The translations under genes and the position numbers were made by a program. Shown here piece by piece: positions 60,814-64,000 of a stretch of DNA of 64,000 bases. Source of the DNA: Camelus ferus (taxonomy: Eukaryota); assembly GCF_009834535.1 (NCBI RefSeq), contig NC_045712.1, forward strand, positions 26,474,001-26,538,000. Reading direction: 5' to 3'. Every line of letters starts with the position of its first letter. The stretch's first letter is position 1. The notes beneath the pieces are model-generated. The model saw only the letters and a program-made list of their open reading frames with translations. It did not search any database and was not told the DNA's origin.

Positions 60814-62661
60814 ATGGAGACCCAGAGGGCCAGCCTCTCCCTGGGCCGCTGGTCACTGTGGCTACTGCTGCTGGGACTAGCGGTGCCTTGGGCCAGCGCC
60901 CAGGCCCTGAGCTATAGGGAGGCGGTGCTTCGAGCTGTGGATCGCCTCAATGAGCAGTCCTCAGACCCCAATCTCTACCGCCTCCTGGAGCTGGACCTGC
61001 CGCCCAAGGCTGTGAGTCGGGGAGGGGCTGGGGAGGGAGGCGTCTCCCGCTAGGCTTGGCCACACTGTCCCTCCCTTTGCTCGCGCTGTACCTCTCCCTC
61101 TAGGTGGGATCCCACCTCTCACAGACATCCTCCCAGAGCTGGGTCCCCTCCCCTTGTGAGAGCCTTCTGCCTGGCATCTCTGCTGTGGGAACAGAGCCCT
61201 GACAGCCCTCTCAGGCACCAGGGACTCCTGGGGGCTCCAGGGATACGCTGGGGTCACTGGCTCTGGGATGTGAATTCCCTGCTTCCAATCCCCTGTGCAT
61301 GCCATTGTCTCCCCACCAGAGAAGGGGTGTGCTCAGCCTGGAGCTTCCAGTGACAAGGTCTTTCCCTGCAGGTGCCCCTGACTTCCCTCAGCCCCTCAAA
61401 GGGGGATGTGCTTCTCATGAGATGGGGTCTGAGGTCCCCTCCTGCTCCCTGTGTGCCTGGGAGCCCAGGACCAGGCTGTGTCCTCCTCCCCTCTACACCC
61501 AGCCCGCAGCCCAGGGCGAGGCACATGGGATGGGCTTTCAAGAGGGCTGTTCTGCTGCGGGGCAGGGACACAGGTCACCCAAGGAAGCATGAGCCTGAGC
61601 CAGTCTCCCCACTTCGATCCTTGAGCAGGATGAGGACCCAGATGCCCCGAAGCCTGTGAGCTTCACGGTGAAGGAGACCGTGTGTCCCAGGAGGACACAG
61701 CTGCCACCGGAGCAGTGTGACTTCAAGGAGAAAGGGGTGAGGCTGGGAGCTGAGAACGCTGGCGGATGCCTCCCAAGGACCCGAACAAGAGGCTTCGGAG
61801 GGTGGTTAGCAGCCCCTGGGGTGAGGCTGTGTGTTTATGGCTCAGGGATTCCAGTCTGAACTGGAGGTTCCCCTTCCAGGTGGTGAAACAGTGTTTGGGG
61901 ACAGTCACTCTGGACCAGGTCAAGGACCAAATAGACATCAGTTGTAATAAGGTGAGTGGCCCTTCTTGTTTTGAGCTGCTCTGGGGAGAGGTGTGGAACA
62001 TCATTTGGACCAGTTTTGTTCTTGTTCATTCAGGGCTTCCTACCCTGGCTCCCCCCTTACCTGAGCCCAAGTCTCCAGCCTGGGCTCTGCAATCCCTTAG
62101 AGCAGTGGTTTGTTCTCTAAGTGGCATTATCACCTGGGAACTATTGGAAAGGCAGCTTCTTAGTCCACATTCAGACCTACTGAGACAAAGTTGGGGTGGG
62201 TCCCAGAAATTTGTATTTTAAGAAGCCTTCCTGGGGATTCTGACTGTGCTGAAGTTTGAGAGGCACTGACTACAGTAATGGGATTTCTGCTTCTGCTTCT
62301 GTCCAGCTGTGGTGGCCAGTGATCCGGGGAGGCCTTGGCATCTCTGTGTCCTGGTTTTCTCATCTGTCTATGGGAGTAGGGATTCAACCACATGCTCCAA
62401 AGTTATAGCCACAGAGTGAATGGGACCCAAGCCTCCAGGAGTGGCTCAGGAGTAGGATGTGTAGAAAGGGACCTGAATCATTTTGATTCTGGATCAGTAC
62501 TGACAAGAAGCCTGTTTCTTCCTGGTTCACAGCTCCAGAGTGTAAGGGGATTTTTTCCACCACCATTCCCACCTGGACCCTTCCCATTTCCCCCTTTCCC
62601 ACCAATCCCGCCAATACCACCATTTCCATTTCCGCGGCCGTTTGTTAGAAGACGACGGTGA
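60814..62661 (+). CDS. Cathelicidin gene D (inverted copy of gene A), 168-aa precursor with the same Pro/Phe-rich peptide; exons 60814-61011, 61629-61736, 61880-61951, 62533-62661
   Basis: 198/108/72/129-nt exons, GT-AG, open frame. Signal [29 protein letters not shown]. Exon 4 translates identically to gene A. Confidence 0.93.
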
Positions 62662-62763
62662 AGGATTGGCTGATACCTTGCCCATCAGAGGACTCTGCTG
62701 AATTGTGAGCCCCCGGAAGTCCTAAGGGTCTTTTTTATTCTGGCTCAGTGTTTCAGATTCTGA

Positions 62764-62769
62764 AATAAA
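62764..62769 (+). terminator. Poly(A) signal, gene D
   Basis: AATAAA at the position homologous to gene A. Confidence 0.7.
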
Positions 62770-64000
62770 TTGTTCTGAAAACAACTTCCTCCGGTATCTC
62801 CCACTTACTGTCACCAGGTCCTAAACGCTGGGAGGCCGAGGTTGTGTGTGGGTGTGTTTGCGTGTGTGTGTCTGTGAATGTGGTCACTTCCGTGAACGCA
62901 GAGATGGGTGTGGCAGCTGTTCCTTCCAGGATGGCGGGGGGAGGCAGCAGGGCCGGAAGGGACAGGACAGGGCTCCATTCCCAGGAACCCCATGCCCTTC
63001 ACACTCCCCCGCCCTCCTCCTTCTCCATCCAGTAGGGTCTTAAGGAGACTTTGTCTGTGTGCAGGGCTGCTTAGGATGCTGTTCCTGCTGGTATGGAGGT
63101 GACAGTCCAGGAGGACCAGGCCACTTGTTAATCAGTCAGGGAGACACAGCTCAGTTTCCTGCTGGCGGGCTCTAGGGTCAGCCTGCAGGTACAATGTCCA
63201 GATTGTTCGACTTCCCTCACAATCTGAACTCTGCAAGAGCCCACCCTTCCTGGCTTTTGCTCTGGGCATTGAGACACATCAGTCTTTCTTCTGCGGGGTC
63301 TCAGATTTCAGGTGTGGGCTTGTGTTCAAGAATCAAATGGTACCACAATTGGCACCATTAGAAGCAAGCCTCCTGTTCATCGGGGTGAAGGGCTCTGCCT
63401 GAGTGAGAGACACACACAGTGACACACAGGCCACATGTCTGTTTGCCTGGGGGTTTCAGACACTGTCCCTGTCCTGCCCACTCCCCACTCTGTGGCTGAC
63501 CTTTGCTGGGGGGCAGACTGGAATCACGGGGGAGGCGGCAGTCCCGGGAGCAGCCTCAACCAACCATCGCTGGGACTTTTCCCTCATTGGTGGAAACGTC
63601 TCTTCTGTTCCTCACTCCTTGGGGGGCCCACTCCCAGATGTGTCCCCCCTCCCTGAGGTCCCCAGCTGGGTGGAGCCCCTGTCCCCACTTCACTGACCTG
63701 TCTATTGACTTGTCCTCTTCTGATGTCGATTCTGCCCGGTCTCACTTCCCTATTTTTCTGCTGGTGCTTCGAAGAAATCGCCTCCCAGAGCACCTGCTTC
63801 CTCTTGAATGCTGGCCTGAGCTCTGCTCCTGGGCCGACCTGCACCAACACACAGAGCCCCCTGTGTCAGAGGGACAGCGGGCGGGACCGCGCAGAGCATG
63901 GGCTCTGTAATCTGTCAGGCTCGTCTGTTCTTGGGGAGCAGGTGGGGCTGATTTCAGGCAGGTTAGAGGAACCCATGCTTCTCACTCTACGTCACCCCAG

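Larger units (their letters stand above)
49208..64000. repeat. Right arm of inverted segmental duplication (contains genes C and D)
   Basis: Starts immediately after a 100-N gap. Near-identical to the left arm over about 54.2-60.6 kb and diverged over about 51.25-54.1 kb. Confidence 0.92.

Overview
Mammalian genomic DNA, most likely a camelid, judged from tRNA-derived Vic-1-type SINEs. It is syntenic to the human NME6-ZNF589-CAMP interval (3p21.31). Left to right: an intact NME6 gene (+, five coding exons, 186 aa); a decayed ZNF589 KRAB zinc-finger pseudogene (-, start codon lost, frameshifted KRAB exon, multiple stops) that keeps its CpG-island promoter; and a cluster of four 4-exon cathelicidin genes. 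The cluster is built from ~9.2-kb tandem units and arranged as a ~15-kb inverted duplication (about 33.07-47.93 kb versus 49.21-64.0 kb) across a 100-N gap. Genes A (-) and D (+) encode the same Pro/Phe-rich peptide ending in RRRR. Gene B (-) encodes a weakly cationic helical peptide, [35 protein letters not shown]. Gene C (+), the mirror of B, encodes a strongly diverged short amphipathic peptide, GLFGPILGIVRAGVKLVLDKFGK. All 11 B-versus-C substitutions in that peptide are non-synonymous, but C's exons 1-2 carry indels that may be sequencing errors. Whether the inverted arm is real or an assembly artefact cannot be settled from this sequence. Repeat family names come from recalled consensus patterns, not a database search.
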